Below, one piece after another: positions 21,680-45,138 of a stretch of 64,000 nt of DNA. The notes under the pieces were generated by a model. That model did no database searches, was not told the origin of the DNA, and saw only the letters and a list, made by a program, of their open reading frames with translations. Every line of letters begins with the position of its first letter. Within the stretch, counting starts at the first letter, position 1. The stretch is from the human T2T-CHM13v2.0 reference genome, Homo sapiens. Location of the stretch: the NCBI RefSeq assembly GCF_009914755.1, contig NC_060944.1; one strand, 5' to 3'. The translations under genes were made by a program, and so were the position numbers.

Positions 21680-23300
21680 ACGCTGCGAAAAGAGGGCAAA
21701 CGTTTCTCCTCTCGCAGTTGCCGCCTCGCCCCTCCACCCCCGCCTGGCCAGCAGCGCAGCGCCCCTCTTAGCACCGTGGAGGTGCTGGCTCCTTGCCGGC
21801 GTCGGGGGGCGCGGCGTAGCGGCCCACCCTTCCAGCTCTGACCCGCCCGGCCGGCCCGGCGCCCACCCCGCCCAGTGTGCTTGGTAGGTTGGGCGGCGGC
21901 TCTGTCTAGTCCCAGAGCCAGGAATCAGGGGCAGCCGGGCGAGTCCCAGGGCAGGGGTCCTCCGCCGCCTTGCACCTGCCCTGCTGGGCGGCACCGGGTC
22001 AGTGCCCTGCCCCCTCCTGCGGGTCCCAACTCTCTCTTTCCCATCGTGCGTCCTCTGGAGAAGTGCGCGCGTGTAAGTGTGGCGAGTGTGGCCAAGGGTG
22101 CCGGAGGCAGGGTTCGGGTGCGTAGTCGTTGCGTGGGCGCTGCCCAAAAGGCGCAGAGCATCAAGTGTGCGTGGGCAGAACCGGCGCGGGCGCCCGCCGC
22201 GGGTCTGCGCGGGGCGGGGGCGCAGCAAGTGCATCCGAGCGAGCGGAGACTAGCGCACCGGCGTCGGTGGCGAGGGTGGTGCAGAGGAGTCCGGCTGGGC
22301 GGAGGGAGGAAGGATGGGTGCGGGTAACTTTTTGACCGCCTTGGAAGTACCAGTAGCCGCGCTCGCAGGGGCTGCCTCCGACCGCCGGGCGAGCTGCGAG
22401 CGAGTGAGCCCGCCACCGCCCCTCCCCCACTTCCGCCTCCCGCCTCTTCCTCGTTCCCGGCTCCCAGGGCCCGTCGGTCCCCCGGGAGCCCTGGAGGCGC
22501 AGCCCCACCCCGGCCGGCGCGGCTCGCTCCCACGCCCCCGCCGCGGCCTCGCTGGAGCGGACGGACTGAGTCAGAGGGGGCGCCAGCGCTGCAGGTAGGG
22601 GCTCCGGCGGCGGTGGGCGCAGGTGCCGCGGTGGACCGCGGAGGGGACCGGAGCACGAGGGGAACGGCCTTGGGGGAGCGCCCTCCCCCCGTCCTCCGCC
22701 GACGCCTCGTGTCCCTTTTTAGGGAATTTTTTCCCTCTTGCTGGCTCCAGTGCGGGTGGGGCTGAGACCGAGAGGGAGTTCTCCATTTCGCTGGCTCCTG
22801 CCCGGCCCCTGGCAGCCTCCTGCCCCCAAATCTCTTCACCCCCTTTCCAGTACCTATAGGTCGCGTAAACAACTCCCTTTCTCCAGCTCTGGGCTCCGCG
22901 GCCCCCCGGGGGACAGCTCCTTCAGTCTCGTGAGATCGGTGGGGTTAGGGGGAGGGGAAAAGAGAGGGGGTGTCCCAGAGCCCCTGGCCCCCGTCAGCTC
23001 CCCCACCTTGGCCTCTCCCTCCCCCTCCTCGCTGCTGGAGCACAGGCTCCAGGGGCCCTGGGTATTTTTAGCGTTGTGACCTGGGCGGCAGCTCTAAGAG
23101 CCTTTCCCGGGAATCGGCGTCAGCGCCTCGCTCCTCCGCCGCCAGCCCGCGGCCGCACGGTCTCCCCAGACTTCCGTGGCCCTGCCTTGGCCAGTCGGGG
23201 TTGGGTCCCTCTCCACCTCTGTGGCGCCCGTGGAGCTGGCCAGGGTCTGGGATACGCTGGGTGCAGATGAGGTGGGGAAGGCAGTCTGCGGAGGATGACG
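21680..23300. promoter_or_regulatory. DBNDD2: CpG island / DBNDD2 promoters and alternative first exons
   Basis: Very GC- and CpG-rich, with GC boxes; candidate donors GT at 22073 (gtaagt), 22324 (gtaact) and 22595 (cag|gtaggg); AP-1 site TGAGTCA at 22567-22573. Confidence 0.85.
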
Positions 23301-24329
23301 TCTGATCCTCAAGCTAGAAACTCCCTTGCCTCTGGTGATGGGCTCAGAGCAGAACGCCGGGAAGGAGATGAGCGAATGGGAATGAATGCACCGACCTGGG
23401 CTGGCCCATAGCCTCAGTGCTCTGGCAGGGTCTCAGCTTCTCAGCCCTAGGGGTCAGGAGGCCTGCTCTGAACTGGACCCAGAACCCGCCTTTCCAATTG
23501 CTCCTCACTGACTAATGGGGAGATAAGTCAGTGAGATGTGTCCCAGGAGGGGGACGCATAAAGAGCTGTTGGAGTTCAAAGGAAAGATGGTAGTCTCCTA
23601 AATAGCTCACCTTCACAAGCAGGGTCTTGTATTTGAGGCAGGTAGGTTGGTTATGCCATTTTCAGATGGGAAGACTAAGACCAGAAAGGTGATTTCCTTA
23701 GGGGCAGAGCCTAGTCTGGAAGTCAGGCCTGTGACTTCAGAGCAAGGGTTTGGGGTAGATGGCACATGCGTGTGTACGTGTTTGTGTGGGTGGAGAGAAA
23801 AGGAGGGGCGCGGGAGGAGTTGCTTTAGCCTTTGTCTGGGTTTTGAAGGATGGGAAGGGGTGGGCTGCAGCACTGGAGGAAGGGAACCCTCCACCCTGAG
23901 ATCTCTGTCTCTATCCTATCCTGTCCCTGGCCTTCTGAGGCAAGCGGGGCCAATTAAGGGGAAAACGTACCTCCTCCATTTGTGCTGAACCAATCCCTCC
24001 AACCCCTCTCAGGAGGGCATGATATGGAGAGTTGGGCATTGGCTGTGTTCCCTGAATACAGAGTATCTCTCTTGTGGTGCCTGGAACTGGCATCCCCTTT
24101 GTGGAGCTTAGGGCAAGCCCCGCCTCTGCATGAGACTTGGTTTGTGGGACACACTTGGTTTCAGGGAAGGGGAAAGAGGTCACCAAGGGCAGAGGTGTCC
24201 AGGCCGGAGCCAGGGGCCCCACTGTTGGGATGCTGGCTGCAGTGGGGCGCCCCAAGCCCAGGTCCCCTCTGTCTTCTCTTTCGACTTTGCAGCTGTACTT
24301 GTTTTGCTCCTCTACCCGCAGGAGCTGAC

Positions 24330-24468
24330 ATGGACCCAAATCCTCGGGCCGCCCTGGAGCGCCAGCAGCTCCGCCTTCGGGAGCGGCAAAAATTCTTCGA
24401 GGACATTTTACAGCCAGAGACAGAGTTTGTCTTTCCTCTGTCCCATCTGCATCTCGAGTCGCAGAGAC
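24330..24468 (+). CDS. DBNDD2: DBNDD2 first coding exon (exon starts 24322)
   Basis: Acceptor cccgcag|gagctgacATG; donor gagac|gtaagt. Confidence 0.95.
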
Positions 24469-26002
24469 GTAAGTCCCAAGTCCTGAGAAGAGGGACTGGG
24501 GTAGGGTAGGGAGGATGTCCTGTGGGTCCTGAATCTTGTGGCACTCTCTCCCCTCTGGTTTTCTTGGCCCTCTATGCTTCTAACTTGGGACCTGACATGT
24601 AACTCTCACTGTCCTGGTGTGCAGCTTGGGTCCTCCTGACTTGCCCACTTCTTGATCCGCAGCCCCCATAGGTAGTATCTCATCCATGGAAGTGAATGTG
24701 GACACACTGGAGCAAGTAGAACTTATTGACCTTGGGGACCCGGATGCAGCAGATGTGTTCTTGCCTTGCGAAGATCCTCCACCAACCCCCCAGTCGTCTG
24801 GTATGCCCCTCTGCTTTGGGGACTTCAGTGCCAGTCAGCCAGAGCCGGATGTCAGGCTCTGAAACGAGGCTACAAGGCTGGGCTGGGGAAGTACACAAGT
24901 AAGGGCTGGAAGTGGGTGTTTCTACCAATGAAACAGCTGCCTGTTCTGATTTTAGGGAAGTTGACCCTGAGGGAGAACTGGGTTACACATCTCTAATCCA
25001 AAATTCTGGGAACGGTCAATCTCTTCTTTAATTTTACATTTGTTATATTAATATAATTAGTCACTATAATTAAAATAATGTAAAATTGTAATTTTTATAT
25101 TTGGCAACTTAAGTAGTTTTAGTCATTATAATGATATTAATATGTATTGAGTACTTTAGTAGGTTCCAATACTGTACTAAAGTACTTTACATATATTATC
25201 TCAATCCTTACAACGTCCTGTCAGGGTAGGTGATATAATCTCTATTTTATAAGCAGGAAATTAGGCTCAGAGAAGTTAAGTCACATTGTAGCCAGAAGGT
25301 AGATAAACTGGAATTCATGTCTGTCTGACTCCAAAGCCCATATGCTTAACTTGTAAGATAGATATTCTTTTAATTAAAACTGCTACTATTTATTGATGGC
25401 TTACTATGCCAGACATTTTATAAGCATTCTTAGGTTTTATTCCCAAAACCCTTTGGGGATGTAGGTATCCCTTTTATTTTGCAGAGGAGGAACAGAGTCC
25501 TTGAAAGGGAAAGTGACTTGCTCAAAGCCACTCAGCAGCAATAAGTGATGTAGGTGGAACTTGAACTCTTGCCATTGATTGACCTGACTGTAGATCCCAG
25601 ACATGGTGTAATGACGTGGAAGGAGCTGGCAGTCAGGAGATGGTGATCTTAATCCTGGCTCTTTGCTGGATTGGCAAAGTCACTTTGGACAAGTCTCTGC
25701 CCCACTGTGGACTTTAGTTACTCCTGGCCAGATAATCTTTAAGAGTTCTCTGAAGCCCTGTTTGTGGCCTGACCAGCTTTTCTCTCTGGGCAGGGGTGGA
25801 CAACCATTTGGAGGAGCTGAGCCTGCCGGTGCCTACATCAGACAGGACCACATCTAGGACCTCCTCCTCCTCCTCCTCCGACTCCTCCACCAACCTGCAT
25901 AGCCCAAATCCAAGTGATGATGGAGCAGATACGCCCTTGGCACAGTCGGATGAAGAGGAGGAAAGGGGTGATGGAGGGGCAGAGCCTGGAGCCTGCAGCT
26001 AG
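24330..26002 (+). CDS. DBNDD2: Dysbindin domain-containing protein 2 (CK1BP), 161-aa isoform; join(24330..24468,24663..24800,25794..26002)
   Basis: 139+138+209 = 486 nt, GT-AG junctions in frame: [28 protein letters not shown]...[19 protein letters not shown]...[11 protein letters not shown]...GGAEPGACS*. Confidence 0.97.
24663..24800 (+). CDS. DBNDD2: DBNDD2 second coding exon
   Basis: ccgcag|cccccata ... tctg|gtatgc; [26 protein letters not shown] (dysbindin motif). Confidence 0.95.
25794..26002 (+). CDS. DBNDD2: DBNDD2 last coding exon
   Basis: tctgggcag|gggtg; Ser/acidic tail ending GACS-TAG. Confidence 0.95.
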
Positions 26003-26445
26003 CAGTGGGCCCCTGCCTACAGACTGACCACGCTGGCTATTCTCCACATGAGACCACAGGCCCAGCCAGAGCCTGTCGGGAGAAGACCAGACTCTTTACT
26101 TGCAGTAGGCACCAGAGGTGGGAAGGATGGTGGGATTGTGTACCTTTCTAAGAATTAACCCTCTCCTGCTTTACTGCTAATTTTTTCCTGCTGCAACCCT
26201 CCCACCAGTTTTTGGCTTACTCCTGAGATATGATTTGCAAATGAGGAGAGAGAAGATGAGGTTGGACAAGATGCCACTGCTTTTCTTAGCACTCTTCCCT
26301 CCCCTAAACCATCCCGTAGTCTTCTAATACAGTCTCTCAGACAAGTGTCTCTAGATGGATGTGAACTCCTTAACTCATCAAGTAAGGTGGTACTCAAGCC
26401 ATGCTGCCTCCTTACATCCTTTTTGGAACAGAGCACGGTATAAAT

Positions 26446-26451
26446 AATAAA
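26446..26451 (+). terminator. DBNDD2: DBNDD2 polyadenylation signal AATAAA
   Basis: AATAAA about 445 nt after the stop codon. Confidence 0.75.
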
Positions 26452-27170
26452 CTAATAATAATATGCCAACCATTCGACTTCATTTTTCATATTGCAAAGA
26501 TATCAAACCCACTACATGTCTTTAGCTCTCTAACCGATCCCATATTCCTATCACTCACTCATTCCATTTATTCAAGAAATGTTTATGGAACACCCATGCT
26601 AGGCATCTGGAATACAGTTTTGAGCAAGACAGGCTGTACTGTATACCTGCCTTCATAGAGTTTACTGTTTATGGAGGAGAAAATCAAGTAAATACTACAA
26701 TTCACAGTGTAATAAATAGCATGATGAGGAACTACTCTGGTACCAGAAAATAGGGGCATGTTAACCTAGTTTCTATGGTCACTGAAGAGCTGTTTTTAGC
26801 TGAAGGACGATTGGGAGTTAGCCAGGCACAGTCCGTAAGCCAGGCAGAACGAGCAGCTCGTGAAGACTTTAAACGGAGAGAGCATATCCTTGAGGAGCTA
26901 AAAAACATTGCGTTTGGCTGAATTGTTGGATTTGAGGAAATGAAGGGAGAGTTAAGACTGACAAAGGTCAGGTTGTAAAATCCGTTGAAGCCTGGATCAG
27001 GTTTCAGTTTGACAGCTAGTAAAAGATCATGACTTAAGATATAAAGTTATTTCCTCATATAGAAGTTAAAAAGTACAGGTCTACATGAAAGCTCCATCGT
27101 TACTCAGCACTGGGCTCCTTTTTTGCTCTTTTGCACATGGTTTGCATTCTTAGCAATATCTCACATCTAA

Positions 27171-27600
<430 letters not shown>

Positions 27601-30439
27601 TAGTCTTCCAGCAGAGTCTCTCAAATCAGTGTCTCCAGATAGACGTGAACTCCTTGGCATGTCAAGTGAGGGGGTACTCCAGCCATTCTGGCTCCTTACA
27701 TCCTTTTTGGAACAGAGGGCTAGTCACCCAGATGGGGAGTTTCAGAAAGGACCAGGTTTGAGAAGAAGGCCATAAATTTGGTTTGGGACATGTTGAGTTT
27801 GAGATGTCTTTGAGACATCCAAGAGGATATGTTGAGTAGGCCCTTGCACCCATGCATGTGGAATTTAGATAAGAGGATTGAGCTGGAAAAAGAAAACGAT
27901 CAGTTCTCAGTGTATAGGTGGTAAGTGAAGCCATGGGTGCGAATGACAGGAGAGAATGCCCAGGGAGAGAATGCTGAATGAAAGAAGAGGTTATAGGACC
28001 CAGTCTTAAGGAACATCAACTCATTTCTCACATTCAAAAAAAAAAAAAAAAAATCAGTCCACCTCCCTTCATACATTGAACATCACCCATGGGATCAGTG
28101 ACCTTCAGCCAAAATCCTAAAGCTTTTTGTGCCACCCAAGGTTGAGTGACAAGGCTGCAGTCTTCCTATTGTCCCATCCTGCTCTCACCCCTGCAGGAGG
28201 CCAGTGTAAGTATCTGTTCCTAAGTGTTTTTCCTAACACTAGTGAGAAACCTGTGGGAACTCCAGGGAAGTAGGAGTGTCCACCAGCCACTCCCTGTCTC
28301 TAGGAAGCTTGTGGAGTGAATACCTTCTGTGCAAAAGCCTCTAGGTCCAAGTTGAGATCATCCACTGAGCTGGGCCAGGGCCCAGTCCTCTATTAACTTT
28401 TGGGGTTTTTCTGGGTTGCTTATGACCTTGCTGCACATAGAAGACATAATCTCTGTCCTCTTGTGGCTTCTCTCCTTCCTTCCTTTAGAGTAGCAAGGTT
28501 CTATCTACCTCCTGTCTGACTGTGGCTGAGCCATCTCTTGGGCTGCGGCCCATGATCCCAATAGCTTTGCTGTGCAGGGCTTCTCAGCTCCCAGGATCAC
28601 CCCCCTTCCTTCCATGGTGAACGATGAGAAGCTAGACTGGCTTGGTTGCCGTCAACATGTCAATAAATCTCTTAGTAGCCCAGGCACATGATGCGAAGAT
28701 TGTGGGGAGCCTGCCTTGAGAGAGGGATTTACAGCCCTCTAGAGAAGTAGAATTGTTTCTGAGCCTATGGGGAGCCTTCAGTTTGGCTGCTATGAGCCCC
28801 AGCCCTGCCTGGAAAAGTCTAGTGTCAGCTGAGACCCCAGGACTACTTCCTAGTTGGGACAATAACCTTTTCTCCTGCCGAACCACAGGGGCTTGGCTGG
28901 CCTTCAGAACCATCATCTCCAGCTGACTGTTTTTTGTTTCTTTGTTTTTTTAAAAAAACTTATGGGGGTTTCAAACGTACAACAAATATAGAAAGAAAAA
29001 TATCCCAGGTTCTCATCATACAGCTTAAAAAATCATCAAAATAGTACCAAGATTGTATCATCTACCCACCACATATTTTTAGTGGAAAGACATTTATGAT
29101 AACTCTTGAAAGAAAGAGTAGACTATAAAACACCATATTCAATATGGTCACTTTTTAAAAAAATGATAATCTTCAGATTCACCATTTGATTATAGTGTTG
29201 CATTAAAGTTAAACCGTGGTTTATGGCAGTCCAGAGCCTAGCTGTCTGGTTTTTGAGGCCACACAGTGCCTTTGGAGGTGGGAGGAAGATCTGGAGCCAG
29301 CTCTAAGTCAAGGAGCCCAGCTTTCAGTCTCCAAGCTACAGCGTGGCTTCTGATATTTGCACGGACTTGTCATAGGGTGGACATCCTGACACACTTCGGA
29401 AAGGAGGCACCACAGCTCAGAAAAAGTTTCCTTAGAAGGCTTACACTGTAGCAACCCCAGGAGTGCACAGAACTTGACACTGAACAGCATGGCAGAGTAG
29501 GGAAAATACAGAACTGTGCTATGATGTCATCTTGTTTGTTCATTCATTCACACATTACTGAGCACCTACTATGTGACAGTCACCTTGCTTAGGCAACAGA
29601 AATACTAAGGTGACCATGAGCTCTTCCAGGAGCAGACACAGACACAGGTAATGGAAACAATGTGATGAGAGATGTAGCAGAAGTACATGAAGCCTGTAGA
29701 CCACTAGAGGAGGAGAAGGTAAGTCTTCACTAGAGGTGGCTGGGTCCTGAATGATGGAGATGGGCAATTTCAAAAGGAAAACAGAGAAGTACAAAATAGT
29801 CATAATGATGGCAGCTACCTTTAAAAAAGTATTATTTTGAGGTTTGATAGTGTAGACTATAGTCCTAGCTCCATCACTCATTGTAATCTTTATTATCTTA
29901 GTTTATGTACTTCTTAATAATAACACTCAAGCAACCCTATCACTTAGGCACTATTATCTACATTTACATATTAGTGCCTAGGTGACAGGGTTGAGTGTTA
30001 CTATTAAGCACTTGCTACATTCCATATCCTACATGTACATAATTTCTCATCTTAACAACAACCTTGAAAGTAGGTTTCTTCATTATACAAATGAAGAAAA
30101 GTGACACTTGGGTTGATCATGCTCATATGGATTAAAGGCTGGCATAGGGATTTGGACTCCTGTCTTTCTGACATCTAAGCCCATGGCCTTCCTAATATTT
30201 CGTGTCTAATGGGGCAGGAACACTGAATGCAGGCAGAATGAAGGCATAATGAGATAAAGACATCTTTCTGACATTTCCTTTCTGGAAATGTCTGGTTGGT
30301 TGGCGCATATCTTGGCAGACCTGCCTGACACCAAATTGGCTCTTTCTAGAAGTGTGGTCATGAGTGTCACCAAGAGACTGTTCATGAAATCCTTCATGAA
30401 TGTGTTTCCCATAGGGCAGGTGGAAAAACTAAAGCATGA

Positions 30440-31560
30440 CTTTAACTTTGGAACTCCGAAAAAGTCAATAAAAAGACAAGCCAGTAAACAAAGGGGTGAG
30501 GGTGCAGAAGACTTTAACAGACCTTTCACAAAAAAATAAAAATTAAATTAAAAAATAAATGGCAAATAAGCACATGAACAGATGCTTAACATTTTTAGTT
30601 ACCAGGGAAATGCAAATTAAAACCACAATGAGCAACCACTACATACATACCCAAGTGGTCAAAACTAAAAAGTACAAAAAATTAGAAACTTCAAATGCTG
30701 ACCAGGATGTGGTACAATGGAGACTCATAGTTTATGGAAACATAAAATGATACATTTTGGAGAAAGGTCTGACAGTTTCTTATAAAATTAAACATACACC
30801 TGCTCTCTGACCCAGCAATTCCACTCTTAAATACCTGGCCAAAGGATATGAGAAATATACGTCTACAAAGGAGCTTGCACAGACAGCAGCCTTGTTAATA
30901 ATAACCAAAAACTTTAAAAGTGCCCATCAAGAGTTGAATGGATAAATTAATAATACTACGCAGTAATAAAAAGAATTGTGGATACATGCAAGAACATGGA
31001 TGATTCTCAAAAACATTCTTCCCATGAGAAAAAAAAAAAGCCTTACACAGTATACATACTATATGATTTCATTTATATTTAGTTCTGGAACAGATTAATC
31101 TATTGTGGGAAAAAATCAGGGTACTAACTGCCTCTGGAAGGTGATAGAGGAGCAGGGATTGACTAGGAAAGGGTATTGCTAATTTTCTGGGGTTTTAGGA
31201 ATGTTCTGTATCATGATAGGAGTTCAGGTTACATAGGTGTGTGCATTTGTCAAAACTCAGTGAATGTGTACTTTGGATTTGTGCATTTCACTGTATGTGA
31301 ATTTTACATCAAAATGCAATCGAATACTGAACTCTAGTTAATTATATGCATGCTTAACTACTTAAAGGAAAGTGTACTAATGTCTGCAATTTACTTTGAA
31401 GTGCACCAAAACACAAGATGGAATGATGGATGTATAGACAAATATGTGGTAAAGTACAAGTATAGTATAATGTAAATAGTAGAATCTAGGTGGTGGAAAA
31501 TAGGTTTATTGTAACAGGTGCTCATTCTTTCAATTTTGTTTGAACATTTTCGTAATAAAA
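30440..31560 (+). mobile_element. Old L1M 3' fragment
   Basis: agggaaatgcaaattaaaaccacaatgag, gacccagcaattccactc, L1ME/MC-type 3' end finishing in aataaaa. Confidence 0.75.
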
Positions 31561-31859
31561 GAACCACTTATTTGGGGGTTTTGCAGCAAATGGAGACACT
31601 AGAAGCTAAGAGGGGCAGGAGGTTCCTCTTACTTTGGGAAATGCAAATTAAAACCACAATGGTTTTCCCAAAAGTAATTGATCTTTTTCAGTCAATGTTT
31701 CCTCAACTATCAAATGGGTAAAATGGCAGTGAAGGAGCTTCATATTATTAAGCATTTCCTGGTGGGTGGAATACGCCATGAACTAGGTGCGGCCTCAAGC
31801 TGGTTACTCGCCCTGCCTACTCCCTCTCGTGTCCTCCCAGTACCCCCTTAGACCCACCA

Positions 31860-41676
<9,817 letters not shown>

Positions 41677-42069
41677 TTCTTGCCCTTTCCAGCAGCTGCA
41701 GCTGCCGTTTCTCTCTGGGGAGGGGAGCCCAAGGGCTGTTTCTGCCACTTGCTCTCCTCAGAGTTGGCTTTTGAACCAAAGTGCCCTGGACCAGGTCAGG
41801 GCCTACAGCTGTGTTGTCCAGTACAGGAGCCACGAGCCAAATGTGGCATTTGAATTTGAATTAACTTAGAAATTCATTTCCTCACCTGTAGTGGCCACCT
41901 CTATATTGAGGTGCTCAATAAGCAAAAGTGGTCGGTGGCTGCTGTATTGGACAGCACAGAAAAAGATTTCCATCACCACAGAAAGGTCGGCTGGCAGCAC
42001 TGGCCAAGGTGATGGGGTGTGCTACACAGTGTATGTCACTGTGTAGTGGATGGAGTTTACTGTTTGTGG

Positions 42070-42075
42070 AATAAA
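42070..42075 (+). terminator. PIGT: PIGT polyadenylation signal AATAAA
   Basis: AATAAA about 395 nt after the stop, followed by GT/T-rich downstream sequence. Confidence 0.85.
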
Positions 42076-42892
42076 AACGGCTGTTTCCGTGGTTCTTTGC
42101 CTCTTGTCCTTGAGTCCTGGGAAGAGCTGGGGACTGGGGATTGTTTGCTGAGTGCCTGAACAGGACCTCCTACCCTATGCCTGCAACCCCCTCCACAAAA
42201 AACAAAAAACCCTACCTCCTCCCACCTGGCCGGAAATTTCTTCTCCTGATCTGCTCCCCCTGTCCTCCCCATCCCCATCTGATTGTGATTCCCAGAACTC
42301 CCCGGGTTGTTTGGGAGTGTTTCTGAAAGCATAATCCATGGCCATGGAAATGAATCATCCTACTTCTTGGGGGCATTGAGAGTCAGTCCACATCAGCAAG
42401 GGTAGAGTGGAGAGGTGGGAGGGCTCTGGGTGGTGGGTCTCTAACTGTAGTGTGCATCAGAGTCACTGGGGGCACTTGTGAAAATAATGTATGTTCCTGG
42501 GGTCCAGATCCTACTAATTCAGTTGGTCTGGGTGTGGCCCAGACTTTGACTTTTTAGCAGGCTTCTCAGGAGCTCCTGCTGTGCTCTGTCCTCAGACCAC
42601 CCCCAGGCTTTGAAGCCAGGCTCATTGGATTGAAGCCCGCCCCGCCCACCTCCCTTGCTGGTTACATAACCCTGGATTTCTGTAAAACAAGCCTTTAGGC
42701 GGTTGCCTCCCACTGCCCTCATCTTCTGTCTTTTCCTCTGGCACACTTGGCATCAACTGTGTGTTATTTGCAGTTCCCCCCACCTCCTACCCCACTCAGT
42801 TCTCCCATCATAGTGGTTTGGCCTAGAATGCCCTATTCCACCAACCATGCACACCTCTCAACTGCCTGGTTCCCTCATAAAACCAGATGAGG

Positions 42893-43299
<407 letters not shown>

Positions 43300-44621
43300 T
43301 TATCAGCTGGCTGCTGTCCTTTGACTTCCACCAGATGGTGTGCTTCCTGGAGGCACAGGTTCTGTCTTTCATTAAGACCTGACCCATCTCAGGACATGTA
43401 AGTGCTCAATCAGCAAACGCTAAATGTATTAACTGGGTATGGGCTATTCTGGCTTGAGATCTGGGATCCAAGATAGGGATGGGCAAGGGGCACTCTGGAA
43501 GCTCCACATGTGTGAGTGCAGCAGTCTTAACACAGTGGTACAGGTGTCTCTGTAGCCAGCATAGATGGGCTGTGTAGGTTCCTTGAAGGGTTTTAGGAGC
43601 CCTCAGCACATGCGGGTGGTATGTGTGCATATGTAGGAAGGAAAGGCGGTGAGCTAGTCTAGACCATGGGCAAAGGCAATTTGTTCAAGGTGCTTTTACT
43701 TGAGTTTACTTCAAAAGCAGTAAAGGAGCAGACTGTAAATGAGACAGGAACGCAGGTGAGTGGATACACAAAGCTAAGTGGTCTGTGTAGTGTGCCTAGT
43801 GTGGGATGGAGCATGCATAGCATGGGGTGTCTGCCAAGTCAGAAGAGCACAGAGCTGTGGCCTGGCTCTCTTTTATACCCGCAGCCCTGTCAGTACCTAG
43901 AAACGACCTCCACTACCATGCCACATGTAACCTACGCTCTGGCAACACCCACATATTTCTAGATCAGACCTCCTCCCTGGATCTTGGATTCATTTACCCA
44001 ACTGCCTACTTGCTTTCTCCATTTGGATGTCTAAAGACATCTCAAATTGAATATCTCCAAAACCGAGCTTCTGATGTGCTCCACCCCACCCCAAACAGGC
44101 CCAACCATAGTCACCTCATCTCTGTAAAAGGTAATTCGTGTCTTTCCAGGCACTCAGGCCAAATACCTTTGAGTCATCCTTGTCTCTCTCTCATCCTGTT
44201 TGCACCCTACCTTCAAAATAAATCCAGAATCCCACCCCTTTTCACCACCTCCACTATTATCAGTGAGGTTTTCCCTGGCCATACCCTATTTCAAATTGCT
44301 ATCCTAGCACGCTACATTCACCTGGGGAACTGAAAAAATCCTGATGCCCAGGCTTTACCCAAACCAGTTAAATCAGAATTTAATGTGGGACTCACAGAGT
44401 CTCCAAGTGACACCAATGTGTAGCCAAGCTTAAGAACTTGGTCTTATTTTTAAAGTAGTATGAAAACTTACTGTCTCTCCTAAGCATTCTAACAATGGAT
44501 ACTTTTCAGAATAAGATTGTGTAAAACAGAGAACTCACTTTTAACTTTATAACAATTTATGTATTGTTTGTCTTTTTAAAACAAAAGTATATGTTGAGTT
44601 TATAATAAAAATAAAAATTTG

Positions 44622-44938
<317 letters not shown>

Positions 44939-45138
44939 TTAATTAAATCAAATAGGCATCTGGGAGGTCTGGCCCCAGGTCTTCCCCCAGACTGAAGGGT
45001 GACCACAGGTGAGCCCTTTCAATATCTGGGCCTTGGACTCCCGCTGAGGTGAAAGTGACCGGGTAGCCTGTTGGAGCCAGCCCTGTCCCATAGGCTATGG
45101 GTCTCAGGGTCCTCTTTCCCAATAGCACTTCAGCTCAC

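Noticed and set aside
21407-22872. Long minus-strand ORFs (275 aa and 315 aa) in the CpG island
   Set aside because: Low stop frequency is expected from extreme GC content; low-complexity R/G/P/A composition with no recognisable domain.
42022-42037. CAGUGU in the PIGT 3'UTR as an iron-responsive element
   Set aside because: The flanking 5-nt arms do not pair; the CAGUG is in the stem of a different hairpin, not in a loop.
42290-42335. Minus-strand LSETLP resembling the start of CTI exon 2
   Set aside because: No following cysteines or Kunitz motif; a 6-residue match is likely chance.
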